This document shows positions 25,812 through 28,680 of a DNA stretch of 28,680 nucleotides, piece after piece. Origin of the DNA: Bdellovibrionales bacterium (lineage in GTDB: Bacteria > Bdellovibrionota > Bdellovibrionia > Bdellovibrionales > JAEYZS01); NCBI GenBank assembly GCA_039810365.1, contig JBDHWX010000001.1, positions 1 through 28,680 of the forward strand. Direction: 5' to 3'. Each line of letters starts with the position of its first letter. Position 1 is the first letter of the stretch. Below the pieces are notes generated by a model, which was not told where the DNA came from, ran no database searches, and saw only the letters and a list, made by a program, of their open reading frames with translations. Both the position numbers and the translations under genes were made by a program.

Positions 25812-27208
25812 AGTCTCTGAGTATTTGCTAAAACGTGGGTTATACAGGCTGTTAGTTTTTTTGCAAAATCGATATGAATAAATTCGTTGGGGCCATGAGC
25901 ATTAGAGTTTGGTCCTAAAACTCCTGTGATAATAAATTGGGCCTTTGGATATTTTTTTCCAAGCATTCCCATAAAAGGAATAGAGCCGCCTTCACCCATA
26001 GCAAGGGCTTCTTTTTTGTAGAACTTTTGAGAAGCCTCTTGGATAAGCTTTTCTAACTCTGGTTTTGTAGCCGGAGCATTCCAACCGCTGGCGGCATCTT
26101 CGACATAAAACTCAACTCTAGAGCCATATGGTGGATTTTTTTCTAAAATTTTCTTTAAAACTTTTGAAGCCTTTTGTGCATCAAGTGTCGGAGGAAGTCT
26201 TAAAGAAAGTTTGAGCGTTGTGTAGGGCCTTAAGACGTTACCTGCTTTTTCTATAACGGGGAGGCCTTCGGCGCCTGTGACGGAAAGGGCCGCTCTCCAT
26301 GTTTTGTTTAGAAGAAGTTCTTTAGGACTTCCTTTGTTGGGTTTTGCTTTGCCTGCAAAGGGGAATTTGGAGTAAACGGTTTTGCCGAGAGCTTTTGCTG
26401 TTTTGTCAGCTTGTTTGAGGCGATCTGCTGGAATTTTAACTTTAAAGTCTTTAACAAAAATTTCGCCAGTTTCAAGTTTTTCAATTCGATTTAAAAGTTG
26501 CCTTGCAATTCGAAAAGAAGAGGGCGCAACACCACTAGCGTCTCCTGAGTGAACCCCCTCATTTAGGATATCGACTCTTAAGGTGCCGCTCACAAGCCCT
26601 CTTAAAGAGGTTGTCGTCCAAAGCTGCTTGTAATTTCCAGCACCTGAATCCAGGCAAATGATAAGATTTGGGGTTCCGAATTTTTCAGAAAACTGGTGAA
26701 AATAAAAGGGAAGATCTGTGGAACCACTTTCTTCACAGAATTCAATAACAACTTTAATATTGGGTCTTGAAACTTTTTGTTCAAGTAACTCTTTAAGAGC
26801 GCAAACAGAAGCAAAAACGGCATATCCGTCATCAGCTCCACCTCGGCCATAGAGTTTGCCGTCCTTAAGAACAGCTTTCCATGGAGCAAGGCCTTGGGCC
26901 CAGCCAATCATTTCGGGTTGTTTATCTAGATGGCCGTACATTAAAACTTGGAAGTTTTGATCTCCCGGTAAATCCAAGAGTAAAAGAGGTGTTCTTCCCT
27001 CAACTTCGATGACTTCTTTTTTGAGTCCCTGGATATTTTGTTCATCAATCCAATTTTCAACTAAATTCAATGCTTTGTGCAAATAACCTGATTCTTTCCA
27101 TTGAGGATCAAAGGACGGCGATTTTGCAGGAATTTCGATATAAGTTTTAAGAGTTGGAATAATTTTATTTTCCCAAAAATGATCTATATTTTCTAGTGTA
27201 TCTGCCAT
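25808..27208 (-). CDS. M20-family metallopeptidase (dipeptidase/deacylase-like)
   Basis: YGHLDKQP, LYGRGGADDG, EFCEESGS, VHSGDASG, GEGGSIP, HGPNE; GGAGG RBS before ATG 27208. Confidence 0.93.
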   Translation of the reverse strand: MADTLENIDHFWENKIIPTLKTYIEIPAKSPSFDPQWKESGYLHKALNLVENWIDEQNIQGLKKEVIEVEGRTPLLLLDLPGDQNFQVLMYGHLDKQPEMIGWAQGLAPWKAVLKDGKLYGRGGADDGYAVFASVCALKELLEQKVSRPNIKVVIEFCEESGSTDLPFYFHQFSEKFGTPNLIICLDSGAGNYKQLWTTTSLRGLVSGTLRVDILNEGVHSGDASGVAPSSFRIARQLLNRIEKLETGEIFVKDFKVKIPADRLKQADKTAKALGKTVYSKFPFAGKAKPNKGSPKELLLNKTWRAALSVTGAEGLPVIEKAGNVLRPYTTLKLSLRLPPTLDAQKASKVLKKILEKNPPYGSRVEFYVEDAASGWNAPATKPELEKLIQEASQKFYKKEALAMGEGGSIPFMGMLGKKYPKAQFIITGVLGPNSNAHGPNEFIHIDFAKKLTACITHVLANTQRL

Positions 27209-27218
27209 ATTTCCTCCA

Positions 27219-27255
27219 AAAGGTGCCAGCCGCTTTTTAGGCAAAGGTGCCAGCC
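27219..27255. repeat. Direct repeat AAAGGTGCCAGCC x2, 24-bp period
   Basis: Copies at 27219-27231 and 27243-27255, each followed by a T-tract. Confidence 0.85.
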
Positions 27256-27317
27256 AACTTTTTATCTATCCCTATAAACTTGCCGAGGCAAAAGGTTTGT
27301 TGATAAACTCATTTGAA

Positions 27318-28487
27318 ATGACAACTTCAGACCACAAGCAACATAGAGGACATCATCATAAAAATGCTCTGGTTTTAACTGGTGGTGGAGCTCGGGCTGC
27401 TTATCAGGTTGGTGTACTTTGTGGAATTCAAGAGGTCATGGGGTTTCATCAGAGTCCGTTTGAAATCATAACAGGAATTTCTGCAGGTGCTATTAATGGC
27501 ACATGGCTTGCAGCTTACGCTAAGGATTTTCAAAAAAGTACGGATTCTTTAATGAGACTTTGGGAAGATCTTACTGTAAATGATATTTTTAAAACCAGCA
27601 CCATGTCTTTTGTTAGTCAAGGGGCTCATTGGATCAAGGATCTTGGGTTTGGTCAGTGGTTTGGAAAAAGTAAGATCACGCACATGCTTGACACAAGCCC
27701 ACTGCATGATCTTTTACGAGAGGTTCTTTCGTTTGAAGAGATTCAGGATAATATTCGCTTAGGACTTGTTCATGCACTGGCAGTAACAGCAACAAATTAT
27801 CGCTCAGGAAATACCATTACCTTTTTTGATGGACGAGAAGATCTTAAGCCCTGGTCAAAGGGTTCTCGAGTGGGTGTACGCGAACAAATTGAAGTCGAAC
27901 ATATTTTGGCATCTGCGGCTATTCCCATATTTTTTGCACCCGTAAGACTTAAGACAGGATTTTATGGAGATGGGGGAATTCGAACAACGGCTCCGTTGAG
28001 TCCAGCCGTACATTTAGGAGCGGGTCGTATTTTGGCTATCGGGATAGATCACCGGGAAGCCGTGGTCGCCCTTTCAAGTAAAGAAAAAGCGGGAAACATC
28101 TCCATTGGGGATATTTTTGGAACACTTTTAAATGCCATGTTTTTTGGCTCTTTAGAAGATGATGTGGAAAGACTCCAAAGAATTAACAGAACCCTTTCTA
28201 TTGTAACACCAGAAAAAATGGCAGAAGATAAAGACCAACTTAGACCTATTCGGATTTTATCTTTTCACCCCTCACAAGATCTTGGAACCCTTGCAACAGA
28301 TCAGTTTTTTAATTTTTCTTTGCCATTCAGACATATGTTGAAAGGTCTTGGGGTTACAGATGAAAAGGGGTGGGATCTTTTAAGCTATCTTGCCTTTGAT
28401 GGTTCCTACGCTAAGGTTTTAATTGAGATTGGTAGAAAAGATGCCCATAACCGTAAAGAAGAGATTAAAGATTTTTTTAAGACCTAG
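27318..28487 (+). CDS. Patatin-like phospholipase
   Basis: LVLTGGGARAAYQVG (oxyanion), GISAG (GxSxG), ASAAIP, DGG. Confidence 0.94.
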   Translation: MTTSDHKQHRGHHHKNALVLTGGGARAAYQVGVLCGIQEVMGFHQSPFEIITGISAGAINGTWLAAYAKDFQKSTDSLMRLWEDLTVNDIFKTSTMSFVSQGAHWIKDLGFGQWFGKSKITHMLDTSPLHDLLREVLSFEEIQDNIRLGLVHALAVTATNYRSGNTITFFDGREDLKPWSKGSRVGVREQIEVEHILASAAIPIFFAPVRLKTGFYGDGGIRTTAPLSPAVHLGAGRILAIGIDHREAVVALSSKEKAGNISIGDIFGTLLNAMFFGSLEDDVERLQRINRTLSIVTPEKMAEDKDQLRPIRILSFHPSQDLGTLATDQFFNFSLPFRHMLKGLGVTDEKGWDLLSYLAFDGSYAKVLIEIGRKDAHNRKEEIKDFFKT

Positions 28488-28511
28488 AGAATTATAATTT
28501 TAGGAAATGTT

Positions 28512-28680
28512 GTGAAAATTATTTTTTTTATTTTGCTCTTTTTTTTTAACAACATTTCTTATGCACAAGAGGAACAGTCCAGCAATCAGAGTCTTTTTAA
28601 GAATATGGGGAAAGATTTTATTTCCCCAGTCACAACAAAAGCCAAGTATGTGTTTTATGCAGGAACTGCGCTGACCATTT
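28512..28680 (+). CDS. 5' part of a secreted/membrane protein (partial; possibly PAP2-family)
   Basis: AGGA RBS, GTG 28512, open to the window end: MKIIFFILLFFFNNISYA-QEEQSSNQSLFKNMGKDFISPVTTKAKYVFYAGTALTI. PAP2 is a guess. Confidence 0.6.
   Translation, partial: MKIIFFILLFFFNNISYAQEEQSSNQSLFKNMGKDFISPVTTKAKYVFYAGTALTI

Noticed and set aside
27215-27252. TGGCAC on the minus strand as a sigma-54 -24 box
   Set aside because: No GC at the GG-N10 position in either repeat copy.

Overview
AT-rich bacterial chromosomal segment, densely coding. No rRNA, tRNA, CRISPR array or mobile element is recognisable. Gene content suggests Bdellovibrionota (inference): an Ig/VWA lipoprotein, an orphan FliG-C protein, many signal-peptide hypotheticals, and sigma54/sigma28-type promoters. 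In order: a tightly overlapping molybdenum-cofactor operon (moeA-moaD-moaE-mobA-moeB/rhodanese-unknown-TauE/SafE); an Ig-repeat/VWA lipoprotein; a small lipoprotein; a Kef-type CPA2 antiporter; trpS; an alpha/beta-hydrolase lipoprotein; a hybrid His kinase and a single-domain receiver; a conserved membrane protein; two large tandem paralogous secreted/membrane proteins of unknown function preceded by a lytic transglycosylase; dinB; an (AAT)11 microsatellite; a lipoprotein; a FliG-C protein; an M20 peptidase; a patatin; and a partial secreted-protein gene. Best leads: (1) the SLT plus paralog pair sharing a C-terminal Cxx(L/I)F motif, (2) a dispersed 15-bp palindrome GTCTNA-N3-TNAGAC near alternative-sigma promoters, (3) a NarX-like sensor whose P-box has lost the nitrate-binding Arg, (4) the perfect AAT microsatellite upstream of dinB. 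All family assignments come from motifs recognised by eye; no database searches were run.
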